A stretch of DNA of 64,000 nt. Origin: an uncultured Acidobacteriota bacterium. GTDB lineage: Bacteria > Acidobacteriota > Thermoanaerobaculia > UBA5066 > Gp7-AA6. Shown here one piece after another: positions 8,146 through 17,663 of the stretch. Numbering within the stretch: position 1 is the first letter of the stretch; each line of letters starts with the position of its first letter. Below the pieces are notes generated by a model. That model was not told the origin of the DNA. It saw only the letters and a list, made by a program, of their open reading frames with translations, and did not search any database. The translations under genes and the position numbers were made by a program. The stretch lies in contig CAWATD010000002.1 of NCBI GenBank assembly GCA_963784935.1, positions 330,131 through 394,130 on the forward strand, in the 5' to 3' direction.

Positions 8146-9369
8146 TCAAAAAAAGTCCCGTATGAACCGAGAAACCGAGTTGGCCGCGTGCACGAAAGCG
8201 CGGGCCCGGCGCCGCGCCGGCTTGTAACGGTGACCGTACAACAGAAGCCCGGTCGCTGTCGCCCACTCCGGACGCGAAACCACGTCCACGAGCCCCCCCA
8301 CGCCGGACGGCACCCCGCGGCGCACCGGCCCTTCGAAGATCCCCTCGGCGATCTCGACGACGCCCTCGAGCTCCGAACCGCCGCCGGTCAGGACGACGCC
8401 GGAGCGGACGTCCTTGTCGAGGCCGAGGCGCTTGATGTCGTCGTGGATCAGGCCGAGCAGCTCCTCCGCGCGCGGCTGCAGGATGTCGGCCAGCGTCGTG
8501 CGCGGGCAGAGCTTGGGCGCGCGGCCTCCGACCATCGGGACCTCGACCATCTCGTCCTCGGGCACGGCCGTGCGCAGCGCGCAACCGTACTTCTTCTTGA
8601 GCCGCTCGGCATCCGTGATCGGGGCGCGCAGCACGACGGCCAGATCGTTGGTGAAGTGGTCCCCGCCGATCGGAACGACCGCCGTGTGGACGATGGTCCC
8701 CTTCTGGTAGACGGCGACCTCGGTCGTTCCGCCCCCGATGTCCACCAGGCAGATGCCCAGCTCCTTCTCGTCCGGTGTCAGCACGGCCTCGGCCGCGGCG
8801 AACTGCTCGAGCACCAGCTGCACGACCTCGATGCCCGCCCGGTTCATGCAGGTCACGATGTTCTGGGTGACCGCCACGGGAGCCGTCACGACGTGGACGT
8901 CGGCCTCGAGGCGGCTCCCGATCATGCCGAGGGGGTCGGCGACGCCGTCCTGGCCGTCCACGGCGAAGTCCCGGGGCACGACGTGCACGACCTCGTGGTC
9001 CTGGGGAATCTGGACCCCCCGGGCCGCGTCGACGACCCGGGCGACGTCCTCCCGGGTAATTTCCCGGTCCTTCCCGGCCACGGCGACGACGCCCCGGCTG
9101 TTGAACGAACGGACGTGGGAGCCCGAAACCCCAACCCACGCGCGGGAAATCTGAACCCCGGCCATGATTTCGGCCTCTTCGGCGGCCCGCTTGATGGCCT
9201 CTATCGTGGCGTCCACGTTGATGATGTTGCCCTTGCGGGTGCCCCGGTTGGCCGACGAGCCCTTGCCGATGACGTCGAGTGAGCCCGAGGGGTTCTGCTC
9301 GCCGATGAGGACGCAGATCTTCGAGGTGCCGATGTCGCAGGCGACGAGGAAGTTCTCGGGCTTAGCCAT
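8146..9369 (-). CDS. ftsA: Cell division protein FtsA
   Basis: Actin-like ATPase: [17 protein letters not shown]...[12 protein letters not shown]. Confidence 0.95.
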   Translation of the reverse strand: MAKPENFLVACDIGTSKICVLIGEQNPSGSLDVIGKGSSANRGTRKGNIINVDATIEAIKRAAEEAEIMAGVQISRAWVGVSGSHVRSFNSRGVVAVAGKDREITREDVARVVDAARGVQIPQDHEVVHVVPRDFAVDGQDGVADPLGMIGSRLEADVHVVTAPVAVTQNIVTCMNRAGIEVVQLVLEQFAAAEAVLTPDEKELGICLVDIGGGTTEVAVYQKGTIVHTAVVPIGGDHFTNDLAVVLRAPITDAERLKKKYGCALRTAVPEDEMVEVPMVGGRAPKLCPRTTLADILQPRAEELLGLIHDDIKRLGLDKDVRSGVVLTGGGSELEGVVEIAEGIFEGPVRRGVPSGVGGLVDVVSRPEWATATGLLLYGHRYKPARRRARAFVHAANSVSRFIRDFF

Positions 9370-9384
9370 TGGAAACCCGGGGCA

Positions 9385-10164
9385 TCAGAGACGGTTCCCC
9401 GCGCCGTACGCGCCGACGAGAATGATGCGATCGGCAAAACGGAGATCGATGGCCCGCGCCTCCCACCCGCGACTTTCGACAAAACCCCGCGCCTCGAGCA
9501 ACGCGCGAACCTTTTCCGGAGCGTCTGCCCGAAGCACGCGAACCGGCCTTCGAAAAATCGCATCCATCATACCGAATCCGCCGTCCGGGAGCGAGGCGAT
9601 TTCCGAGAGGGCGGCGACATAGTTGGGAAGCGCCGCGCGCAGCTGTGCCAGCAATTCCACGGCCTCCGGCAGCGTGCGCCGATCGCCGGTCATGATCACG
9701 TACTCGGTGCGGTCGCCCCGCGGATCGTAGGGGGCGATTAGGTTTCCGTCGACGCCCACCCACCAGAATCGCGCGCCGTCGCGGTAGAGGGCGACGGCCT
9801 TGCGCTCGGTGATCCGCGCGGAGAGGCCGTCGGGAAATCGCTTCGAGAGCGTGACCCGCTCGATCCAGGGATGCGCGGCCAGGCGGCCGGCGAGCGGCGC
9901 GAGATCGAGCGAGAGCAGGTTCTTTCCGCTCCACGCTGCCGCCGCGCCCAGGACCTCCTCCGTGCGCACGCGCGTGTTGCCGGACACCTCGAAGCGGCGC
10001 AGGCAGAAGCGCGGGCCCGACACGAACCGGAAGAGCCCGAACGCCGCCACGAGGGCGACGAGAGCGACCGTCACGCGGCGCGCCGTCGGCGTCTTCCTGC
10101 GTTTGCGGGAAATGACGCCGCCGCGCCGCAGAAACGGAGCGTCCTTCTTATCCCCGCCGGCCAC
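9385..10164 (-). CDS. ftsQ: Cell division protein FtsQ (POTRA domain)
   Basis: N-terminal TM (VALVALVAAFGLF) followed by POTRA-like FEVSGNTRVRTEEVL. It sits between murC and ftsA. The GTG start overlaps the murC end by 17 nt. Confidence 0.8.
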   Translation of the reverse strand: MAGGDKKDAPFLRRGGVISRKRRKTPTARRVTVALVALVAAFGLFRFVSGPRFCLRRFEVSGNTRVRTEEVLGAAAAWSGKNLLSLDLAPLAGRLAAHPWIERVTLSKRFPDGLSARITERKAVALYRDGARFWWVGVDGNLIAPYDPRGDRTEYVIMTGDRRTLPEAVELLAQLRAALPNYVAALSEIASLPDGGFGMMDAIFRRPVRVLRADAPEKVRALLEARGFVESRGWEARAIDLRFADRIILVGAYGAGNRL

Positions 10165-11533
10165 GCTCTAAGTACTCCTCTCCGAACTTGACGACGTCCC
10201 CGGCCCCGAGGGTCACCAACAGGTCCCCGGGCCGGAGCGTCTGCTCCAGACAGTCAACAACTCTTTTCTTATCATGTGTATAGATGACCCTCGTGTGCCC
10301 AGCACGGCGGGCGGCATCCGCGACGAGCTCGCCTGTCACGCCCGGGATGGGGCGCTCGCGCGAGGGATAGACGTCCATGACGATGTTCACGTCGGCCGCG
10401 GCGAGGGCCGCGCCGAAGTCGTCGGTGAAGTCGCGCGTGCGCGTGAACAGGTGCGGCTGGAAGAGGGCGACGAGGCGCCGCTCCGGATAGACCTGGCGGG
10501 CGGCCGCAAGCGTCGCGCGGATCTCGGTCGGATGGTGCGCGTAGTCGTCCACGACGAGCACGCCCTCCCGCTCGCCCTTCAACTCGAAGCGCCGCACGAC
10601 GCCCGTGAAGGCCGCCAGCGCGCGGGCGATCGTCTCGAAGGGAATGAGCAACTCCCGCCCCGCGGCGATCGCCGCGAGAGCGTTCAGCACGTTGTGCCGC
10701 CCGGGAAGCCGGAGCCGCACGGAGCCGAGCCGCCCTTCCCCCGCGTCCCAGACGTCGAACATCGTCGAGGTGGCCTCGAGGCGGACGCTGCGCGCCGCGA
10801 GCAAGGCCTCGGGCGACTCGCCGTAGGTCACGACGCGCTTCTTGATCCTGGGCAGCAGCCGCCGCACGCCGGCATCGTCCACGCAGGCGACGACGGCGCC
10901 GAAAAAGGGGATGCGGTTGGCGAACGTCGCAAACGCATCGAGGATGTCGTCGAGGTCCCGGTACGTATCGAGGTGATCGGCCTCGACGTTCGTGATCACC
11001 GCGACGACGGGCGTGAGCTCCAGGAAGGAGCGGTCGTACTCGTCCGCCTCCGCGACGAGGTAGTCGCCCTTGCCCAGGCGCGCGTTGGTCCCCAGGATGT
11101 GCACCTGCCCGCCGACGACGATCGTGGGGTCGAAACCGGCTTCGGTCAGCACCATTCCCGTCAGCGACGTGGTGGTCGTCTTCCCGTGCGTGCCCGCCAC
11201 GGCGACCCCCTGCTTCAGGCGCATGATCTCGCCGAGCATCTCGGCGCGCCGGATCAACGGGATGCCCCGTGCGCGTGCCGCGGCCACCTCGGGGTTCGAC
11301 TCGGCCACGGCCGACGAGATGACGACCAGGTCCGCGCGGTCGAGGTGCGCGGGGTCGTGCCCGATCGAGATCTTCGCCCCGAGCTTCTCGAGGCGCGCGG
11401 TCGCCTCCGACCGGGCCAGGTCGCAGCCGGAGATCTCGAGCGGGGTCGCCAGCAGCAGGATCTCCGCGATGCCGCTCATGCCGACGCCCCCGGCGCCCAC
11501 GAAGTGGAGGCGTCGCAGGCGCAAGAACCTCAT
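10148..11533 (-). CDS. murC: UDP-N-acetylmuramate--L-alanine ligase
   Basis: HFVGAGGVGMSGIAEIL...VAGTHGKTTTTS Mur ligase motifs. ATGA overlap with the murG stop. Confidence 0.95.
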   Translation of the reverse strand: MRFLRLRRLHFVGAGGVGMSGIAEILLLATPLEISGCDLARSEATARLEKLGAKISIGHDPAHLDRADLVVISSAVAESNPEVAAARARGIPLIRRAEMLGEIMRLKQGVAVAGTHGKTTTTSLTGMVLTEAGFDPTIVVGGQVHILGTNARLGKGDYLVAEADEYDRSFLELTPVVAVITNVEADHLDTYRDLDDILDAFATFANRIPFFGAVVACVDDAGVRRLLPRIKKRVVTYGESPEALLAARSVRLEATSTMFDVWDAGEGRLGSVRLRLPGRHNVLNALAAIAAGRELLIPFETIARALAAFTGVVRRFELKGEREGVLVVDDYAHHPTEIRATLAAARQVYPERRLVALFQPHLFTRTRDFTDDFGAALAAADVNIVMDVYPSRERPIPGVTGELVADAARRAGHTRVIYTHDKKRVVDCLEQTLRPGDLLVTLGAGDVVKFGEEYLERGRRG

Positions 11534-12612
11534 CGGGCGGCCTCCGCCTCGAAAAGCAGCTTCGCCAGGTCCGCCGCGGCGTCGGGCCGCGCGAGCGATC
11601 TGGCCTTCTGCCCCATCGCCACCAGGCGCGCCCGGTTCTTCAGGAGGTCCACGACCGTCCCGGCGAGGCTCTCGGCCGCGAAGTCCTTCTCGGCGATCAC
11701 GACGGCCGCCCCGGCCCGGAACAGAGCGCGCGCATTTTCGAGCTGGTGGCCGGCCGCTGCGGCGCCGAACGGCACGAGGATCGAGGGCCGGCCCGCCGCG
11801 GCAAGCTCCGAAACCGTCATCGCCCCGGCGCGCGAGAGCACGAGGTCGGCCGCCGCCATCTGCTCCCAGAGCCTCGGCAGAAACGGCTCGAGCTTCCAGT
11901 TGGCCGGCATGCGAGTGTAACGCTGCCTCGTCCCGGCCAGGTCCTTCTCCCCCGTCTGGTGAACGACCTCGAGGCCGGATTTCTCGAGCAGCACGGCGGC
12001 CCGCGCCACGGCCCGGTTGATGATCCGCGACCCCTGGCTGCCGCCGAACACCAGCAGGCGGCGCGTGGCGCCCTCCGGGTCGAGCAGCGGAATTTCGAAG
12101 AACTCGCGGCGGACGGGCGTTCCCGTGACGACGCCGGCCCGGCGCAAGTGCTGGTTCGCGGCCGCGAGGCCGACGGCCGTCCGCGTCGCGAACCGGTTCA
12201 GGAAGCGGTTGGCAACTCCCGGCCGCGCATTCGATTCGTGGATCAGCGTCGGGATGCCGAGCGAGCGGGCAGCCAGCAGCACCGGAACCGTCACGTACCC
12301 GCCCACGCCGACCACCGCGCGCGCCCGGTGCTTCTTCAAGAGAGCGCGCGCCTCGAAGAAGCCCTTCGGGAGGCGGGCGAGGGCCTGGAACTGCTTCGCC
12401 TTGGTCTTGCCCACGAACCCCGAGGCGTCGACCAGCTCGAGCGGGAAGCCCGCGGCGGTGACGATCTTCGATTCGAGGCCCTGCGCCGTGCCGACGAAAA
12501 CGATCTCCGCACCCGGCCTTTGCGCCCGGATCTCGTTGGCGAGCGCGATGCCCGGAATGATGTGGCCGCCGGTGCCGCCCGCGGCGATGACGTACGCGCC
12601 GAGGTCGCTCAT
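11530..12612 (-). CDS. murG: Undecaprenyldiphospho-muramoylpentapeptide beta-N-acetylglucosaminyltransferase
   Basis: AAGGTGGHIIPGIALA...GGSQGS...ELAAAGRPSILVP are MurG hallmarks. Confidence 0.95.
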   Translation of the reverse strand: MSDLGAYVIAAGGTGGHIIPGIALANEIRAQRPGAEIVFVGTAQGLESKIVTAAGFPLELVDASGFVGKTKAKQFQALARLPKGFFEARALLKKHRARAVVGVGGYVTVPVLLAARSLGIPTLIHESNARPGVANRFLNRFATRTAVGLAAANQHLRRAGVVTGTPVRREFFEIPLLDPEGATRRLLVFGGSQGSRIINRAVARAAVLLEKSGLEVVHQTGEKDLAGTRQRYTRMPANWKLEPFLPRLWEQMAAADLVLSRAGAMTVSELAAAGRPSILVPFGAAAAGHQLENARALFRAGAAVVIAEKDFAAESLAGTVVDLLKNRARLVAMGQKARSLARPDAAADLAKLLFEAEAAR

Positions 12613-12661
12613 GACGGGATCGTAAACCCTGAACCGTCAGCGAAACTTCGGTAACAGAACA

Positions 12662-13765
12662 CTAGTTTCTTTCGGGCACTTCGTGTTGCGAAATGTTCAG
12701 GATCAGGCCGCCCGCGATCCAGGAGGCGATCAACGAAGAACCTCCGTACGACACGAAGGGCAGCGGGATGCCCTTGGTCGGGACCAGCGCGAGGACGACG
12801 GACAGATTGATTGCCGCCTGCACGACGATCATCGCCGTCGCGCCGGCCGCCAGGAACCCGGCGAACGCGTCCGGCGCGCGCCGCGCGGCGCGCAACCCCC
12901 GCCACCCCACGATCGCGAAGCACGCCACGACGCCGATCGCCCCGACGAAGCCCAGCTCCTCGCCCACGATGGCAAAGATGAAATCGGTGTGCGGGAAGGG
13001 CAGGAAGAAGAGCTTCTGCCGGCTGCCGCCGAGGCCGTTTCCGAACCACCCGCCCGCGCCCACCGCGATGAGCGACTGGATGGCCTGGAATCCCTTTCCG
13101 AGCGGGTCGGCCTCCGGGTTCAGAAACGACAGGATGCGGGCGCGGCGGTAGTCGGCCGAGAGCATCAGCGCGGCGAGCAGCGGGATCATGCCCAGCGCGC
13201 CGAAGGCGAACCATCGCGCCCGCGCCCCCGCCAGCCACAGCAGGACCGCGCACAGCATCACGTAGCAGACGGCCGTGCCGAGGTCCGGCTGGAGCACGAC
13301 CGCGCCCGCCGCCAGGCCCGAGAAGACGAGCACGGGCACGAGCGCCCGCTCGGGATCGCCGGCCTTCTCCGACTTGCGCGCCAGTTGATGGGCGAGCAAC
13401 AGCACCAGGGCCACCTTCAGCAGCTCCGAAGGCTGCAGCATCGTCAGGCCGAGGGGGATCCATCGGCGTGCGCCGTTGATCGGCGGGCGAAACAGGGCGA
13501 AGACCGTCAGGCCGAGCGTCGCCCCGTAAGCGCCGTAGACCACCCACGGGCGCCCGAAGAGCCGGTAGTCCGTCCGGTAGACGACGAAGGCCGCGATGCC
13601 GCCCAGCACGAGCGACACGATCTGCTTGACGAGGTAGCGGTACGGGTTGCCCGAGGTCTCTCCCGCCGAAACGGCCGACGCGCTGTAGATCATCACGCAG
13701 CCGAAGAGCGACAGCGCCACGAGCGTGGAGAAGAGGACCTTGTCGGACGTCAGCTTGCGCGCCAC
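12662..13765 (-). CDS. ftsW: SEDS-family peptidoglycan polymerase FtsW
   Basis: Multi-TM FtsW/RodA sequence (LPFVSYGGSSL). Start set to GTG 13765, just after the murD stop. The ORF-track upstream extension to 13906 overlaps murD and was rejected. The exact start is uncertain. Confidence 0.88.
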   Translation of the reverse strand: MARKLTSDKVLFSTLVALSLFGCVMIYSASAVSAGETSGNPYRYLVKQIVSLVLGGIAAFVVYRTDYRLFGRPWVVYGAYGATLGLTVFALFRPPINGARRWIPLGLTMLQPSELLKVALVLLLAHQLARKSEKAGDPERALVPVLVFSGLAAGAVVLQPDLGTAVCYVMLCAVLLWLAGARARWFAFGALGMIPLLAALMLSADYRRARILSFLNPEADPLGKGFQAIQSLIAVGAGGWFGNGLGGSRQKLFFLPFPHTDFIFAIVGEELGFVGAIGVVACFAIVGWRGLRAARRAPDAFAGFLAAGATAMIVVQAAINLSVVLALVPTKGIPLPFVSYGGSSLIASWIAGGLILNISQHEVPERN

Positions 13766-13766
13766 G

Positions 13767-15212
13767 TCATACCTTTTCCGCCGACGCCCGCCGCGCCAAC
13801 TGCGCAAAATGCCGACCCCGCTCCTCGAAATTCCGATACTGGTCGAAGGAGGCGCAGGCGGGCGAGAGCAGCACCGTGTCGCCCGGTCGCGCGAGCGCAG
13901 CGGCACGCGCGACGGCGACCTCCATCGTGGCGCTGCGCTCGATGGGCGCCGCTCCGGCGAGGGCCCGCTCGATGACGGGCGCGGCTTCGCCGATCGTCAG
14001 CACGATCCGGGCGTTCCGGCGCACGAGCTCTGAGAGCGCGGCGAAGTCGCCGTGCTTGTCGCGGCCACCGAGGATGAGGAGCACGCTGCCCGGCGCATAC
14101 GCCTCGAGCGATTTCGCCGTCGCATCCACGTTCGTACCCTTGGAGTCGTCCACCCAGCGCACGCCGCCCGATTCGGCCACGCGCTCGCTCCTGTGCGGGA
14201 GGCCCTCGAAGCACGTCAACGCACTGACGATCGCCCCCTCCGGCGTCCCGAGGCATTCGGCCGCGGCAAGCGTGGCGAGCGCGTTCTCCAGGTTGTGCGC
14301 GCCGGCCAGTGCGAGCCGCTGTGCGGCGACGACGCCGTGCCTCGGCGCGGCCACGTCCGACACGAGCTCGCCCGCCTCGAGCCACGCGGCCGGGCCCCCG
14401 CCGCCGGGGCGGCCGCGCCGCGAGAAGAGCACGCGCCGGGCGGTCGTGGCGACCGCGCGCGAGGCCGCGTCGTCGGCGTTGATGACGGCGAAGTCCGCCG
14501 GCTCCTGGCGGGCAAAGAGCCGTTGCTTGGCCGCCGCGTACTCGGCGAATCCCGGATAGCGGTCGAGGTGGTCCGGCGTGATGTTCGTGAGAACGGCGAC
14601 GTGGGGGCGGAAGTCTTCGACGCCCTCGAGCTGGAACGACGACACCTCGCACACGAAGTCGCGCGGCCCCCGCTCCGACAGGAACCCCGAGAGTGGCGCG
14701 CCGATGTTGCCCGCGAGGGCCACGGGCCGGCCCGCCCGCTTCAGGACCTCGGCAATCCAGGTGGCCGTCGTGGATTTTCCGTTCGTCCCGGTGACCGCGA
14801 TCCAGCGGTGCATTCCCGGCGCCTCGGCCTCGGCGATGCGCCACGCGACCTCGATCTCGGAAAGAACCGGAATGCCCCGCGTGCGCGCATCCCGGACGGG
14901 CGGCACGTCGGGCGGCACGCCGGGAGACACGGCGAGCCAGTCGGCGCCCGCCAGAAACTCGGGCGGGGGCCCGCCGAAGAAGAAGCGCACGCCGCGGGCC
15001 TTGAGCGCGTCCAGCCCGTCGAACTCGGATTCGGGCCGACGGTCGCCGACCGCCACCGCGACTCCGCGAGCGGCGAGCGCTTCGGCCAGCGCCCGGCCGC
15101 TCCGCGCGAACCCGAGCACCGCGACCCGATGCGGCAGGACCGCCGGCGCAGCCCCTGAGTTTCCGTCTGCCGTCTGCCGTCTGCCGTCTGCCGGCCGGCT
15201 CATCGCGTTCAT
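13767..15212 (-). CDS. murD: UDP-N-acetylmuramoylalanine--D-glutamate ligase
   Basis: VAVLGFARSG Rossmann start and VTGTNGKSTT P-loop. ATG 15212 overlaps the mraY stop (ATGA). The N-terminal 25 aa contain a heptamer microsatellite, so the start is uncertain. Confidence 0.9.
   Translation of the reverse strand: MNAMSRPADGRRQTADGNSGAAPAVLPHRVAVLGFARSGRALAEALAARGVAVAVGDRRPESEFDGLDALKARGVRFFFGGPPPEFLAGADWLAVSPGVPPDVPPVRDARTRGIPVLSEIEVAWRIAEAEAPGMHRWIAVTGTNGKSTTATWIAEVLKRAGRPVALAGNIGAPLSGFLSERGPRDFVCEVSSFQLEGVEDFRPHVAVLTNITPDHLDRYPGFAEYAAAKQRLFARQEPADFAVINADDAASRAVATTARRVLFSRRGRPGGGGPAAWLEAGELVSDVAAPRHGVVAAQRLALAGAHNLENALATLAAAECLGTPEGAIVSALTCFEGLPHRSERVAESGGVRWVDDSKGTNVDATAKSLEAYAPGSVLLILGGRDKHGDFAALSELVRRNARIVLTIGEAAPVIERALAGAAPIERSATMEVAVARAAALARPGDTVLLSPACASFDQYRNFEERGRHFAQLARRASAEKV
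15163..15193. repeat. Perfect heptanucleotide tandem repeat CCGTCTG x4 plus a partial unit
   Basis: Read directly: TT CCGTCTG CCGTCTG CCGTCTG CCGTCTG CCGG. Confidence 0.95.
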
Positions 15213-16294
15213 CGCAGCTTCAGCGTCGAAAGCCCGAGCACGGCGAAGAAGATCGCGAGGATCCAGAAACGGATGATGACCCGCGACTCGGCCCAGCCCA
15301 GCAATTCGAAATGGTGGTGCAGCGGGGCCATCTTGAAGACCCGCCGCCCCGTGGCCTTGAAGGAAAACACCTGGATGATCACCGAGAGCGCCTCGAGCAC
15401 GAACAGGCCGCCGACGATCGCGAGCAAAATTTCCTGCTTGGTCATCACGGCGACCGCTGCGATGGCCGCGCCGAGCGGCAGCGCGCCGACGTCGCCCATG
15501 AAGACGTCGGCCGGATGGCAGTTGAACCACAGGAAGCCGAGGCAGGCCCCCACGAGCGCGCCGCAGAAGACGGCGAGCTCGCCCGACTGCGGGATGAACG
15601 GGATCTGCAGGTAGCGCGCGGCGACCGCGTTGCCCGTCACGTAGGCCAGCAGCGCATAGGTCCCGGCCGCGATCCCGACCGCACCCGTCGCCAGGCCGTC
15701 GAGCCCGTCCGTCAGGTTGACGGCGTTGGAGGAACCCACCACGACGACAGCCACGAACGGAACGTAGAGGACGCCGAGGTCGAGGAGCAGCTTCTTCAGG
15801 AACGGGAAGGAGACCACCGTCGAGAAGGCCCCGTGTCCCGCCCACTGCTCGATCGCGAAGGCGACGGCGAGCGCCATCAGGAACTGAGGCACGAGCTTGC
15901 CCCGGCCGGTCAGCCCGAGGCTGCGGCGCCGGGCCACCTTCGTCCAGTCGTCGGCAAAACCCACGGCGCCGACGCCGAGGAGGGTCGCCAGCCCGATCCA
16001 CACGAAGCGGTTCGACAGGTCCATCCAGAGCAGCGTGGCCGATACCACAGCGAGGAGGATGAGCAGCCCCCCCATCGTCGGAGTGCCCGCCTTCGCCAGA
16101 TGGGTCTTGGGGCCCTCGGCTCGAATCGACTGGCCGATCTGGGCGCGCCGCAGGAACCGGATCATCGCCGGGCCGAGGACGAGCGCCACGGAGAGCGCCG
16201 TCACCGCCGACATCGCGGTCCGGAACGTGATGTACCGGAACACGTTGAGAACCGGAAACCGGCCCGCCAGCGGATAGAGCAGCCAGTACAGCAT
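15209..16294 (-). CDS. mraY: Phospho-N-acetylmuramoyl-pentapeptide transferase
   Basis: MLYWLLYPL...NAVNLTDGLDGLA...HHHFEL are MraY hallmarks. Confidence 0.97.
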   Translation of the reverse strand: MLYWLLYPLAGRFPVLNVFRYITFRTAMSAVTALSVALVLGPAMIRFLRRAQIGQSIRAEGPKTHLAKAGTPTMGGLLILLAVVSATLLWMDLSNRFVWIGLATLLGVGAVGFADDWTKVARRRSLGLTGRGKLVPQFLMALAVAFAIEQWAGHGAFSTVVSFPFLKKLLLDLGVLYVPFVAVVVVGSSNAVNLTDGLDGLATGAVGIAAGTYALLAYVTGNAVAARYLQIPFIPQSGELAVFCGALVGACLGFLWFNCHPADVFMGDVGALPLGAAIAAVAVMTKQEILLAIVGGLFVLEALSVIIQVFSFKATGRRVFKMAPLHHHFELLGWAESRVIIRFWILAIFFAVLGLSTLKLR

Positions 16295-16298
16295 CGTG

Positions 16299-17663
16299 TC
16301 AGGCCCTCTCCGTCAGGGCCGCGACGGCGCGATCGAGGCCGATCCCGCGCGAAGCCTTGAACAGCACGGCGTCGCCCGGGCCGAGCTCGCCCGCGATCGC
16401 CTGCGCGGCCTGCTCCGCGGAGGCCACGTGGCGCACCGCGCTCGATGGCAGCCCTGCCGCAACGGCGCCCTCGCCGAGCAGGCGCGCGCGCGGACCGACG
16501 CACACCAGCAGGTCCGCTCTCCCGGCCACGAGGGCGCCCGTCTCGCGGTGCCACCGCTCTTCCTCGGCTCCGAGCTCCAGCATGTCGCCGAGCACCGCGA
16601 TGCGGCGGCGCGCGGGCAGCGCCGCAAGCGTCTCGAGCGCGGCGCGCATCGACGACGGGTTGGCGTTGTAGGAGTCGTCGAAAAGGAGGGCCCCGGAGCC
16701 GTGGCGCACGAGCTCTCCGCGGTGCGCGGCCGGGCGCAGCCCGCCGGAGGCGGCTGCACAGTCGGCCGCGGGAACGCCGACGGCGAACGCGATCGCGGCG
16801 GCCGCGAGGAAGTTGCCCACCTGGTGGGGGCCCGCGACCGGCAGGTGCACGGCCGCTTCGCCCTCGGGGGTCGCGAGGCGGAACCGGCTGCCGTCCGCCT
16901 CTGCGACGACATCCTTCGCCGTGACGTCGGCGTCGCCCGACCGGCCGAAGCGCACGACCCGGCCGCGGTGTCGCGCCGCGATCGCGGCGACGCGGGGGTC
17001 GTCGGCGTTGGCGACGAACGTGCCGCCCGGCTTGAGCCCCTCGAGGATCTCGGCCTTGCCGTCGGCGATGGCGTCGAGCGACGCGAAGAACTGCAGGTGC
17101 GCCGCGGCCACGAGGAGGATCGCCGCCACGTCCGGCTCGAAGGCCCGCGAGAGCCTCGTCAGATCACCGGGCTCCGAGAGGCCCATCTCGCCCACCATCC
17201 ACTCGGGGCTGCGCGGCAGGTTGACGACGGACATCGGAAATCCGATCTGGCTGTTCTGGTTGCCGGGAGTCTTCTCGACGGCGAAGCGGCGCGACAGCAT
17301 CGCCGCGGTGAAGTCCTTCGTGGTCGTCTTGCCGGCCGAGCCCGTGATCGCGGCGAGCCGGAAGCCCATCTTCCGCTTCGCGGCCGCGCCGAGGCGGCGC
17401 AACGCTTCCACCGATTCCGGCACGATCACGACCGGAAAGGCCGCCGGAAGCCCCTCGGGTCTGCGCTGCCCGAGCAGCGCCCCGGCGCCCCGCGCCGCCG
17501 CGTCCCGCGCGTAGTCGTGGCCGTCCACGCGCGCTCCGCGGATCGCAACGAAGAGGTCGCCCGCCCGCACCGACCGCGAGTCGACGGCGACGCCCGTCAG
17601 CGCTGCCGCGCCCTCGGCCCGGGCCCCGGCGGCCGCCGCCACTTCGGCCAGCGTGAAATTCAC
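16299..17663 (-). CDS. murF: UDP-N-acetylmuramoyl-tripeptide--D-alanyl-D-alanine ligase
   Basis: ITGSAGKTTTKD P-loop and DDSYNANP. GTG 17663 overlaps the murE stop (GTGA). Confidence 0.93.
   Translation of the reverse strand: MNFTLAEVAAAAGARAEGAAALTGVAVDSRSVRAGDLFVAIRGARVDGHDYARDAAARGAGALLGQRRPEGLPAAFPVVIVPESVEALRRLGAAAKRKMGFRLAAITGSAGKTTTKDFTAAMLSRRFAVEKTPGNQNSQIGFPMSVVNLPRSPEWMVGEMGLSEPGDLTRLSRAFEPDVAAILLVAAAHLQFFASLDAIADGKAEILEGLKPGGTFVANADDPRVAAIAARHRGRVVRFGRSGDADVTAKDVVAEADGSRFRLATPEGEAAVHLPVAGPHQVGNFLAAAAIAFAVGVPAADCAAASGGLRPAAHRGELVRHGSGALLFDDSYNANPSSMRAALETLAALPARRRIAVLGDMLELGAEEERWHRETGALVAGRADLLVCVGPRARLLGEGAVAAGLPSSAVRHVASAEQAAQAIAGELGPGDAVLFKASRGIGLDRAVAALTERA

Noticed and set aside
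6950-9139. ORF-track N-terminal extensions and fusions: ftsZ 729 aa, 13767..16001, 16299..19727, 19120..21390, 30016..34866, 33282..36020, 45786..48437, 48552..50987 and 4907..6715.
   Set aside because: The extensions run through the upstream gene in another frame and translate to RG-rich junk. Each real gene has an internal start that overlaps or abuts the upstream stop, or follows an SD.
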